A stretch of DNA of 64,000 bases from Dehalococcoidia bacterium. GTDB lineage: Bacteria; Chloroflexota; Dehalococcoidia; Lucifugimonadales; UBA1123. Under the pieces are notes generated by a model that saw only the letters and a list, made by a program, of their open reading frames with translations, had not been told where the DNA came from and did not search any database. Within the stretch, counting starts at the first letter, position 1, and each line of letters opens with the position of its first letter. The stretch lies in assembly GCA_965116415.1 (NCBI GenBank), contig OZ220693.1:2220753-2284752 (forward strand), written 5' to 3'. The translations under genes were made by a program, and so were the position numbers. Shown in pieces: positions 8,937 to 17,357 of this stretch.

Positions 8937-10360
8937 ATGGTGGCTGAGTCGGGGCGGGCCTTGGAGAGGGCGTGGATGTGCCGGGTGTGCTCGCGTCCGA
9001 ACGTTGAGGACGCAACACGGTGCGCCAACTGCTGGGCGAACCGGCCTGAAGACGTCGAGCTGCTGGACATGCCGGACGCGGACGCGCTGGCAGCGCGGGT
9101 CCGGAGGTCGAGGGTCAGCCGGCGTGTGCTGCGGTGGGCTGTGGGAGTCGCAGTCGTGGCCCTCGCTGCCGCCTGGTTCATTCTGCCGCACTTTGGTGTG
9201 GCGCTCTTCCAGTCCGAACCCTCGCTGGACATAAGCTCGTCTCCGATTGGCGGCGACTGGCCGATGTACCAGCGTGACCTCTCCCACAGCGGGGCAGCGA
9301 CCGGCAATGAGTTGGCACTGAAAGGCCGCCTCAAGTGGGAGTACGATGCCGACGGTCCGATGTACTCATCTCCCGCCGTGGTCGATGGGAGGGTCTACCT
9401 GGCGACGGGGGCAGGGTCGATTGTCGCTCTGGACGCAGAGACGGGCGAGGAGGTCTGGAAACACACTACCGGAGGGCCGCTGAACTCGTCGCCCGCGATT
9501 GCGGGGGAATGCTGTTCATTGGGCGTTTCGACGGCGGAGTAGAAGCGCGCGACCTGGGAACCGGGGATGTCCTATGGGAGTTCATGACCGGGGCCAGGGT
9601 GATTTCGTCCCCAGCCGTGGACCGTGGCGTCGTGTACATCGGATCCGGTGACGGCAACCTGTACGCGCTCGACGCGGGCACAGGTCAGGAGCGTTGGACG
9701 TACAGGACACGGGGCTGGATCAGCAGCTCGCCGACCGTGTTCGATGACTATGTGGCCATCGCGTCGTTCGACGGCCTTCTGCACGTGGTACACAGGGACA
9801 CTGGGAAGAAGCGTCTGGACTTTCATCTCTCCGAGACGCCTCGAAGTTCGGCCGCGTACGGGGAACAGCACCTCATAGTCGCCGACGGTCGGGGCCGGCT
9901 CAAGGCCGTGGACTGGAGGGAGCGTACGCTGCCGCTGGAATGGCTGTGGCTGAAGGTCCGGGTACAGCTCTTGTACTGGGGCATGATCGATACGCTGTCG
10001 AATCAGAAGGGCTTCATCTGGGGGACCTCCACGGAAGACGCCTTCATGGGTACGCCTGTGGTCTCAAACGGGATCGTGTTCGCGGCGAACTTCGGGGGAA
10101 CGGTGATCGCGGCTGACGAGAGCACGGGGGAGGTCGTGTGGCGGACGCAGGTCGGCGCTCCGGTATCGGGGTCGATGTCGGCAGTCGCAGATGTCGTGCT
10201 GGTTGGAGACACGGACGGCATTCTGCACTCACTCGACGCAGAGACAGGCGAATCGCGATGGCAGTTCAGGACGGATGGGCGGATCAGCGCGACGCCGGTC
10301 GTGGTGGATGGGGTAGCTTACGTTGGCTCATGGGGCGGGGCTCTGTACGCGGTTGAGTAG
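8937..10360 (+). pseudogene. Zinc-ribbon / TM / PQQ-like beta-propeller repeat protein, interrupted by a -1 frameshift in a G5 run (9503..9507)
   Basis: ORF 8937..9542 (CRVCSRPNVEDATRCANCWA zinc ribbon, TM segment, PQQ-like repeats) and ORF 9335..10360 are collinear with the intact paralogue at 29396..30802. Frame 1 ends ...SSPAIAGE and frame 2 continues GGMLFIGRFDGG. The paralogue reads SSPAVAGDLLYIGLRDN at this point. Confidence 0.8.
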
Positions 10361-10430
10361 CGCCGTCAATCTGACGCGTCATCGGGCCTTATGGAACATA
10401 TCGCTGCTCACGAACGTCTTGAACACTTAG

Positions 10431-11780
10431 ATGCCCAGTCTGGAGCGTCCTGAACGTACTTCGCCCACAGCGCCGGGAGTAGAGGCAATGAACAGATTAG
10501 TGGCAGCAGTGCTCGTGCTCGCCTTCACGGTCGGACTGTTTCTAGTCGCCTGCGACGATTCGCCATCTACGCCTGATTCAATCGTGATGCCAGACAGGGC
10601 CAAGCCGTCGGCCGCCGAGTCTGAGATCGACGATCTGGTGCGGGGAAACAGCGCATTCGCGTTCGACCTCTACCAGACGCTGAACTCCGAAGACGGGAAC
10701 TTGTTCTACTCGCCCTACAGCATCTCGATTGCCCTGGGGATGACATACGCGGGAGCTAGGGGTGAGACCGAGAGTCAGATGGCGGACACACTTCACTTCA
10801 CTCTTCCCCAAGGCACTCTCCACCCAGCGTTCAACACGCTGTACCAAGACCTCGACTCTCGAAATGATGACGACCCATCCGCATTCCAACTGAGCATCGC
10901 GAATGCTATGTGGGGACAGCAGGACTACCAGTTCCTGGATGAGTTCACCACTGTAGTTGGTGAGAACTACGGCGCCGCTGTGAGACCGACGGACTTCGTG
11001 GGGCAGCCTGAGGAGTCACGACTCAGGATCAACGATTGGGTTGCTAACGAGACCGAGGACAGAGTCAAAGACATGATTCCTGAGGGGAAGTTTGAGGACG
11101 TGCCGCCCGTGCTGGTGCTCACAAACGCCATCTACTTCAACGCGGCCTGGGTAAGTAAGTTCAATGAGATGTCGACACTCACCAATTTTCACAGGCTTGA
11201 TGGGGAAACGGTGGCCGTACCGATGATGAACCGGGCAGAAAAAACGAGCTACGCCAGTGGGGACGGATACCAGGCGGTCGACCTGCGGTACAAGTTCGGC
11301 AATATATCCATGACGGTTCTGATCCCGGACTCCGGATCATTCCAGGCGTTTGAGAAATCCCTGGACGACGAGCTGGTGGCACGAATCATTGACGACCTCG
11401 AGACAAGGCAGGTCGTGCTGACTATGCCGAAGTTTGAGTTCGAGTCGACGCTTGACCTCGCCGACACGCTCAAGAGCATGGGAATGACCAACGCATTCGA
11501 AGAGAGAAGAGCAGACTTCTCCGGTATGGATGGCAAGTCATGCATGGCAGGAGATGTCCCATGTCTGCTTCTCTCGGACGTCATTCACAAGTCGTTCGTG
11601 GTGGTGGATGAAGAGGGAACCGAAGCTGCCGCAGCTACCGCGGTGGTAGTCATATTGGAGAGCGGAGCGCCAGACCCTCAGGTTGAGCTAGTCATCGACC
11701 GGCCGTTCATCTTCCTGATTCGAGATAACGGAACAGGCACAATCCTGTTCGTGGGGCGAGTGCTGGACCCCAGTGCTTAG
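10431..11780 (+). CDS. Serpin (serine protease inhibitor family), probable lipoprotein; copy 1
   Basis: 449 aa. NSAFAFDLY, NLFYSPYSISIALGMTYAGARGET, the hinge EEGTEAAAATAV and the C-terminal DRPFIFLIRD are all serpin hallmarks. The likely true start is ATG 10488, giving MNRLVAAVLVLAFTVGLFLVAC (lipobox). Confidence 0.92.
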   Translation: MPSLERPERTSPTAPGVEAMNRLVAAVLVLAFTVGLFLVACDDSPSTPDSIVMPDRAKPSAAESEIDDLVRGNSAFAFDLYQTLNSEDGNLFYSPYSISIALGMTYAGARGETESQMADTLHFTLPQGTLHPAFNTLYQDLDSRNDDDPSAFQLSIANAMWGQQDYQFLDEFTTVVGENYGAAVRPTDFVGQPEESRLRINDWVANETEDRVKDMIPEGKFEDVPPVLVLTNAIYFNAAWVSKFNEMSTLTNFHRLDGETVAVPMMNRAEKTSYASGDGYQAVDLRYKFGNISMTVLIPDSGSFQAFEKSLDDELVARIIDDLETRQVVLTMPKFEFESTLDLADTLKSMGMTNAFEERRADFSGMDGKSCMAGDVPCLLLSDVIHKSFVVVDEEGTEAAAATAVVVILESGAPDPQVELVIDRPFIFLIRDNGTGTILFVGRVLDPSA

Positions 11781-11799
11781 TGCGTCTGACAGCTTATCT

Positions 11800-11875
11800 C
11801 AGCGCGACGCCGGTCGTGGTGGATGGGGTAGCTTACGTGGGATCGTGGGATGGGGTGTTGTACGCGATTGAGTAG
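11800..11875 (+). pseudogene. Duplicated 3'-terminal remnant of the PQQ-propeller gene
   Basis: 11800..11875 is near-identical to 10284..10360. It encodes ...SATPVVVDGVAYVGSWDGVLYAIE* and has no upstream gene body. It marks the start of the second copy of the serpin cassette. Confidence 0.8.
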
Positions 11876-11948
11876 GACCGAGCCGATTTGCCGCATCCAC
11901 CAGCCGTCATGGAACAAATCGCTGCTCACGAACGTCTTGAACACTTAG

Positions 11949-13352
11949 ATGCCCAGTCTGGAGCGTCCCAAGGGTAAGACGCCGGGAGTAGAGATGATGA
12001 ACAGATTAGTGTCAGTGGCAGCAGTGTTCTTGCTCGCGATCATGGTCGGACTGTCGGTACTCGCGTGCGAGGATTCGCCGTCGACAACTGCTCAAGACGT
12101 GTCATCGGATAAGGCGGAGCCGTTAGTCACACCAGTTCCAGACGTAATGCCAGACAGGGCAGAGCCGTCGGCTTCCCAGTCTGAGGTGGACGAGTCGGTG
12201 CGTGGAAACAGCGCCTTCGCCCTCGACCTCTACTGGACGCTGAGCTCCGAAGATGGGAACCTGTTCTACTCGCCCTACAGCATCTCTATTGCACTGGGGA
12301 TGACGTACGCGGGCGCGAGGGGTGAGACGGAACAGCAGATGGCGGATACTCTGCACTTCACTCTTCCGCAAAGCACTCTCCATCCAGCCTTCAACACCCT
12401 GCATCTCGATCTCGACTCTCGTGGCGGTGACAAGGATGACAACGACCCGTCCGCCTTCCGGTTGAACGTCGCTAATGCGCTGTGGGGACAGGAGGGCTAC
12501 CAGTTCCTGGACGAGTTCACCGCTGTCGTCGGTGAGAACTACGGCACTGCAGTGAGACGGACGGACTTCGTGAGTCAGCCCGAGGAATCACGAGTCAGGA
12601 TCAACGACTGGGTCGCTAATGAGACCGAGGACCTGATCACGGAGATCATTCCACCACGGAAGTTTGAGGAGCAAGCGCCGGCACTGGTGCTCACAAATGC
12701 CATCTACTTCAATGGCGCCTGGACGCGCAAGTTTAAGGAAATGCCAAGGCCCACCGACTTCCACAAGTTGGGCGGGGAGACTGTTGCCGTGCCGATGATG
12801 AACAGTTCGGACAAGAGGAGGTACGCCAGTGGCGACGGGTACCAGGCGATCGAACTGTCCTACAAGTTCAGCAGCATGTCCATGACCATTCTGCTCCCGG
12901 ACTCAGGGACATTCCAGGAGTTCGAGGGCTCACTGGACGACAAGCTCGCGGCGCAAGTCACCGAAGGCCTTGAGTCCAGGATGGTCAACCTGACGATGCC
13001 GAGGTTCAAGTTCGAGTCTACCTTTGATGTGATCGACATGCTCAAGAGCATGGGAATGACCAACGCATTTGACATCAAGAAGGCCAACTTCTCCGGCATG
13101 GACGGCAAATCGTGCATTGCAGGAGATGCTGATTGCCTGTACCTGTCGAATGTCTTTCACAAGGCCTTTGTTGATGTAGATGAAGAGGGGACGGAGGCCG
13201 CGGCCGCTACCGCGGTAATCGCCGTGCCATCAAGCGCGCCACCAGGCCCACCTGTCGAGGTCATCGTGGACAGGCCTTTCATCTTCCTGATCAGCGATAG
13301 AGCGACAGGCACAATCCTGTTCGTGGGGCGAGTGCTGGACCCAAGCGAGTAG
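11949..13352 (+). CDS. Serpin, probable lipoprotein; copy 2 (tandem paralogue)
   Basis: 467 aa and collinear with copy 1. It has the same hinge GTEAAAATAV but a different distal reactive-centre loop (IAVPSSAPPGPP). The lipobox is LSVLAC. Confidence 0.92.
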   Translation: MPSLERPKGKTPGVEMMNRLVSVAAVFLLAIMVGLSVLACEDSPSTTAQDVSSDKAEPLVTPVPDVMPDRAEPSASQSEVDESVRGNSAFALDLYWTLSSEDGNLFYSPYSISIALGMTYAGARGETEQQMADTLHFTLPQSTLHPAFNTLHLDLDSRGGDKDDNDPSAFRLNVANALWGQEGYQFLDEFTAVVGENYGTAVRRTDFVSQPEESRVRINDWVANETEDLITEIIPPRKFEEQAPALVLTNAIYFNGAWTRKFKEMPRPTDFHKLGGETVAVPMMNSSDKRRYASGDGYQAIELSYKFSSMSMTILLPDSGTFQEFEGSLDDKLAAQVTEGLESRMVNLTMPRFKFESTFDVIDMLKSMGMTNAFDIKKANFSGMDGKSCIAGDADCLYLSNVFHKAFVDVDEEGTEAAAATAVIAVPSSAPPGPPVEVIVDRPFIFLISDRATGTILFVGRVLDPSE

Positions 13353-13384
13353 TGCGCCAGACGGCTCATCGCGAGCCGCGAGCG

Positions 13385-14281
13385 CTACATCCGGTGGGCG
13401 AGCTTGGGGTCGAGGATGTCACGGAGGCCGTCGCCGGCGAGGTTGATGGAGGTCACGGTGATCGCGAGGACGAGTCCGGGGAAGAAGATCACCCACATCG
13501 CCTTGTGGATGAAGCCGCGGCCCTCGGCCATGATGTTGCCCCAGCTTGGGTTGTCGATGGCGGGGATTCCGGCACCGAGGAAGCTCAGGTAGGCCTCGGT
13601 CAGCATCGCGCTTGCGGCGACGTAGGTGCCCATGACGATGATCGGCGCCATCAGATTGGGGATGACGTGGCGTATGAGAATGCGGCCGTTGCTCGCGCCG
13701 ATTGAGCGCGCGGCATCTACGAACGGCTGCTCTCTCAGGCTCAAGACCGACGCGCGGGCGATGCGGGTCATGCGCGGTGTGTCTACGATCACGATGGCTA
13801 CGATGACGTTCTGGAGGCTCGCGCCGAGCATCACCATCAGCGCTATCGCCAGCAGCACCGTGGGGATCGCCATCAGCCCGTCCATGACGCGCATGAGCAC
13901 GGCGTCCACCTTGCGGAAGTATCCGGCGAGTGAACCGAACGTGGCCCCAAAGATCATCGTCAGTATGGCGACGGCAGCGGCCACGAGGAGCGAGATGCGT
14001 CCCCCGCTCATGGTGCGGCTGAACACGTCGCGCCCGAAGGCGTCGGTGCCGAACCAGTAGCTCGCAGACGGGGCGTCGAGCCGGGCGTCCATGTTGATCT
14101 TCGTCGGCTCGTTGGCGATGACGAATGGCGCGAACACGCTGATGAGCACCAGTATCGCGAGGAGCGCGAGGCCTATGGTCATCGTCGGCTCTCGCACCGC
14201 GATGCGAAGGGACGACCTCCAGGCACGCGCAGCCAGAGAGGAGCTCTGTTCAACCAGTGACTGTCCGGTTGCCTGTGCCAT
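13385..14281 (-). CDS. ABC transporter permease, DppC/OppC-like
   Basis: 298 aa, multi-TM. ...EAYLSFLGAGIPAIDNPSWG...RDILDPKL. Its start overlaps the upstream permease stop. Confidence 0.9.
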   Translation of the reverse strand: MAQATGQSLVEQSSSLAARAWRSSLRIAVREPTMTIGLALLAILVLISVFAPFVIANEPTKINMDARLDAPSASYWFGTDAFGRDVFSRTMSGGRISLLVAAAVAILTMIFGATFGSLAGYFRKVDAVLMRVMDGLMAIPTVLLAIALMVMLGASLQNVIVAIVIVDTPRMTRIARASVLSLREQPFVDAARSIGASNGRILIRHVIPNLMAPIIVMGTYVAASAMLTEAYLSFLGAGIPAIDNPSWGNIMAEGRGFIHKAMWVIFFPGLVLAITVTSINLAGDGLRDILDPKLAHRM

Positions 14282-15237
14282 CAGTACCTGATCCTGGGGT
14301 CTAGGAAAGCATAGAGAATGTCGACAGCCAGGTTGATGAAGACGTAGAAGCTGCCGATGAGGATAATCATCGCCTGGATTATCGGATAGTCGCGGGTTGC
14401 TATTGCCTCGACAGCGAGCCGGCCCAGTCCCGGGATGGCGAACACGCTCTCGGTGACGACCGCTCCTGACAGAAGCCCCGCCAGGCCCAGCCCGATAACG
14501 GTCAGTATCGGCAGCGACGCGTTGCGGAGCGCGTGCCGGACCAGTACGGTCCTCTCAGTCACTCCCTTCGCCCGCGCTGTCCGCACGTAGTCCTCTTTCA
14601 GGACTTCCAGGACGCTCGCCCTGGTCATCCTGGCGATGAGTGCGATGACGACAAGGCCCAGGCTCAGAGCTGGAAGGATGAGATGACGCACGTACTCCCA
14701 GAGATCGTCTGTGAGCTTCACGTAACCCGCGACGGGCAGCAGGGGATTGTCCATTCCGAACGCCCACAGCCCGAACAGCCATATCAGGATGAAGCCCAGC
14801 CAGAATATGGGGACCGAGAACCCGACCGCGGCGAACACCATTATGGAGCGGTCAGTTATCGAATTAGCTTTCCACGCGGCAAGAACGCCCAGCGGTATCG
14901 CAACCAGTACGGCTATAAGCTCGGTTGCGACCGTCAGGGAGACCGACGGTCCCACACGACCCTTGATCAGCTCGAAGACCGGCCGTCCCGACCTGATGGA
15001 CGTTCCAAAGTCGCCCTGCATGATACGCCCGGCCCACTTGCCCAGCTGGACGTAAATGGGATCGTCGAGTCCGAGGCGTTCGCGGATCTTGACGTACTCT
15101 TCGTGGGTGGCCTCGTTACCGGCGATGACCGCGGCCGGATCGCCCGGCGTGAGACGCAACAGGAAGAACGTGAACAGCCCGACGACCACCAGAACAGGGA
15201 TCGTAGCCAGCAGTCTGCGGACGATATAGGCGAACAA
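14281..15237 (-). CDS. ABC transporter permease, DppB/OppB-like
   Basis: 318 aa. Starts MFAYIVRRLLATIPVLVVVGLFTFFLLRLTPGDPA and ends ...FLDPRIRY. Confidence 0.9.
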   Translation of the reverse strand: MFAYIVRRLLATIPVLVVVGLFTFFLLRLTPGDPAAVIAGNEATHEEYVKIRERLGLDDPIYVQLGKWAGRIMQGDFGTSIRSGRPVFELIKGRVGPSVSLTVATELIAVLVAIPLGVLAAWKANSITDRSIMVFAAVGFSVPIFWLGFILIWLFGLWAFGMDNPLLPVAGYVKLTDDLWEYVRHLILPALSLGLVVIALIARMTRASVLEVLKEDYVRTARAKGVTERTVLVRHALRNASLPILTVIGLGLAGLLSGAVVTESVFAIPGLGRLAVEAIATRDYPIIQAMIILIGSFYVFINLAVDILYAFLDPRIRY

Positions 15238-15336
15238 ATTCTTCCTTCACGCAGTTGGGCTAAAGTCTTCGTCCTCAGCTTCCGTTTAGCATCAGGGGAC
15301 TGCGAGGAAATGAATACTTCAACAGTAGATTGATGC

Positions 15337-15364
15337 GTAGGGGCGGTTCGCGAACCGCCCCTAC
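15337..15364. repeat. Family-C 28-nt perfect palindrome
   Basis: gtaggggcggttcgcgaaccgcccctac. It lies between the SBP stop (15384) and the permease start (15237). Confidence 0.9.
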
Positions 15365-15383
15365 AATTTACTGATCGGACGTT

Positions 15384-17240
15384 TTAGCGAGGATCGTCGG
15401 CCCTGCGGGACTCGTCGCCCCACCATACGTTCAGGAAGAGCGGGGAGCCCACGGGTGCGCCGCGAATGTCGACGTCGTTGAGGTCCTTGTCGTAGATGCG
15501 AAGCTGGAAGAACTGGCCGAAGGTGACCCTCCTGGGGTCGGCCCAGGCGGCGTCGGCCATCTTGCGGGTAACCGCGAACTGCTCATCAAGGGTCGGCGCG
15601 GCGGCGAACTCGGCCCTTAGCTGGGTCATCAGCATTCCGGTCTCGGAGTCCTCCGCATAGTTGGTCTCGCCGACCCTGTAGTGGGTCGCGACCAGCGGAT
15701 GGTAGAGGTTGCTGCTGTTCCAGTTGGTGAAGATGTGCCAGCCATCCACGCCTCGGAATGTCGCAATCTGTCCCGCCCAGTCAGTCGACTTGACCTGCGC
15801 GTTGATTCCGACCGCCGAGAGCTGTTCCTTGAGCACCGGAGCTATCGGGTGGATCGTCGGGAAGTCCGTCGGGTCCAGAATGATGATCGGCTCACCGGAG
15901 TAGCCCGACTCGGCAAGCAGCTCCCTGGCTCGCTCGGGGTTGTTCTGGTTGTACAGGTCTGCGTTGTCCGTGTGCTCGGCCCAGGGTGTGCCGCACATCT
16001 GGAGCGACGGGCAGAGCTGCCAGAGGCGCGAATCGCCGTAGCCCTTCATGATGTCTTCGGCATTGACCGCTGCCTGCATCGCCTGACGGAGCTTCTTGCC
16101 GCTCTCAGTGAAGCCCAGCAGCGGGTCGCGCGTGTTGAAGCCGATGTCAGGCTGCGCGCCGGGGATGCCGATGTGGATCGACACCTGGTCGGAGTTCTTC
16201 AGCGCCTCTTCGTAGAAGTCGGAGGAGACGACGTCGAGGAAGTCCACGGTGCCGGTCAGAACGGCGGCCACGCGGGTCTCCTGGTCGGGGATCTCCTTCA
16301 TGTGGAGGCGGTCGAAGTAGGCGAGCTTCGCGCCTGCACGGTAGCTGGGCTCCTCGCGCCTGGGCACGTACTCTTCGTACCTGTCGAGGATGATCTCGTT
16401 GCCGGGATCCCAGCTGATGTACTTGTAGGGGCCGGACGCGACGAAGTCCTGGATGAGCTCACCCGCCGGGTACTTCTCTGCGGTCTCCTTGGGCATGATG
16501 TTCGGCTGCGTGCCGCCTACATAGCCCAGGGCCGTCATCAACAGGGCGGACGGCTCGCTCAGAACTATCCTGAACGTCTTGTCGTCAACGGTCTCGAAAC
16601 CTTCCCAGATCTCGTTGAGGATCGGGCTGAAGGACGTGTCCTGCTCCCGGAACCTAGCGATCGACGCCTCTACGTCCTCGGGAAGGACCTGAGTGCCGTC
16701 GTGCCACATGAGATTGTCGCGGAGAGTGAAGGTGTACGTGCTGCCATCCACCTCCCAGTTGTCGGCCATGTCAGGGTTGATGAACCCCTGAGAGTCCCAC
16801 TGTGCGAGGGATTCCCAGAAGTGCCAGGATACGCCTCGGCCGATGGCCGAGCCGGATGTCATGGAGTCGAGGTTGCCCACGCTTCCCTGCGGGACCCAGA
16901 CCAGCGTACCGCCGAACCTGTCTTCGGAGAAGATGTTGGTGTCGGCGTCGGATGCCACCATCGGGCGCGAGGTGGTCCTCTGCGCCGCTATGATCGGCTC
17001 AGCAGCTTCCGGAGCGCCCGGAGGCGGCACGGCGGTCGCGGCCGGGGCGGCGGCGGCAGGCTGCATTGGAGCCATGGTCTGCGTGGTCTGTCCTGCCACG
17101 GCGGGTGCCGCCGGAGCGGCAGGCGCGGGCGCCTGCGGGGCCGCTGGCGCGCCGGGCTCTTCGGCCGAGCACGCCATCGCAAGCAGGCCCAGAGCCAGGG
17201 TCAGCACCATGACGGGAATTACAAATTTCAATCGTCTCAT
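15384..17240 (-). CDS. ABC transporter substrate-binding protein, family 5; probable lipoprotein
   Basis: 618 aa. Signal sequence ...LLAMAC, then an Ala/Pro-rich linker and an SBP_bac_5-like body. It is the first gene of an SBP-permease-permease operon. Confidence 0.88.
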   Translation of the reverse strand: MRRLKFVIPVMVLTLALGLLAMACSAEEPGAPAAPQAPAPAAPAAPAVAGQTTQTMAPMQPAAAAPAATAVPPPGAPEAAEPIIAAQRTTSRPMVASDADTNIFSEDRFGGTLVWVPQGSVGNLDSMTSGSAIGRGVSWHFWESLAQWDSQGFINPDMADNWEVDGSTYTFTLRDNLMWHDGTQVLPEDVEASIARFREQDTSFSPILNEIWEGFETVDDKTFRIVLSEPSALLMTALGYVGGTQPNIMPKETAEKYPAGELIQDFVASGPYKYISWDPGNEIILDRYEEYVPRREEPSYRAGAKLAYFDRLHMKEIPDQETRVAAVLTGTVDFLDVVSSDFYEEALKNSDQVSIHIGIPGAQPDIGFNTRDPLLGFTESGKKLRQAMQAAVNAEDIMKGYGDSRLWQLCPSLQMCGTPWAEHTDNADLYNQNNPERARELLAESGYSGEPIIILDPTDFPTIHPIAPVLKEQLSAVGINAQVKSTDWAGQIATFRGVDGWHIFTNWNSSNLYHPLVATHYRVGETNYAEDSETGMLMTQLRAEFAAAPTLDEQFAVTRKMADAAWADPRRVTFGQFFQLRIYDKDLNDVDIRGAPVGSPLFLNVWWGDESRRADDPR

Positions 17241-17331
17241 TCACTCCTCCCAGAGCGTTTCATGAATTCCGCAACAGAGTTGCGGGTGTTAAAGGGAGTT
17301 TAACCAGTGTTTGGGGCTGCGGTCAAAAGGT

Positions 17332-17357
17332 GTGGGCGGTTCGCGAACCGCTCCTAC
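17332..17357. repeat. Family-C palindrome (imperfect copy)
   Basis: gtgggcggttcgcgaaccgctcctac. It lies between the PTE stop and the SBP start. Confidence 0.85.

Larger units (their letters stand above)
10284..13370 (+). repeat. Tandem segmental duplication, two units of about 1.5 kb (upstream-gene tail + spacer + serpin)
   Basis: Unit 1 starts at tcagcgcgacgccggtcgtggtgg (10284) and unit 2 at the same string (11800). The spacers share ...atggaaca(t/a)atcgctgctcacgaacgtcttgaacacttagatgcccagtctggagcgtcc. Both units end tgcg(tc/cc)(t/a)gac(a/g)gct(t/c)atc. Confidence 0.85.

Noticed and set aside
8937-10360. Treating 8937..9542 and 9335..10360 as two separate overlapping genes
   Set aside because: The two pieces are collinear with one intact paralogue (29396..30802). 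The switch point is a G5 run. A single frameshifted gene explains the data better.
15337-15364. ggttcgcgaacc core as a tRNA T-arm or tRNA gene
   Set aside because: The sequence is a perfect palindrome. No acceptor, D or anticodon arms can be drawn around it. I found no cloverleaf-compatible sequence anywhere in the window.
15681-17303. 540-aa ORF on the plus strand
   Set aside because: It is exactly antisense to the family-5 SBP gene (15384..17240). The composition is R/V/G/D/H-rich and typical of antisense frames in high-G+C DNA. The same reasoning applies to 18536..19567(+), 22328..23152(+), 23273..24295(+), 31175..31915(+), 42463..43440(+), 43734..44444(+) and 7310..8119(-).
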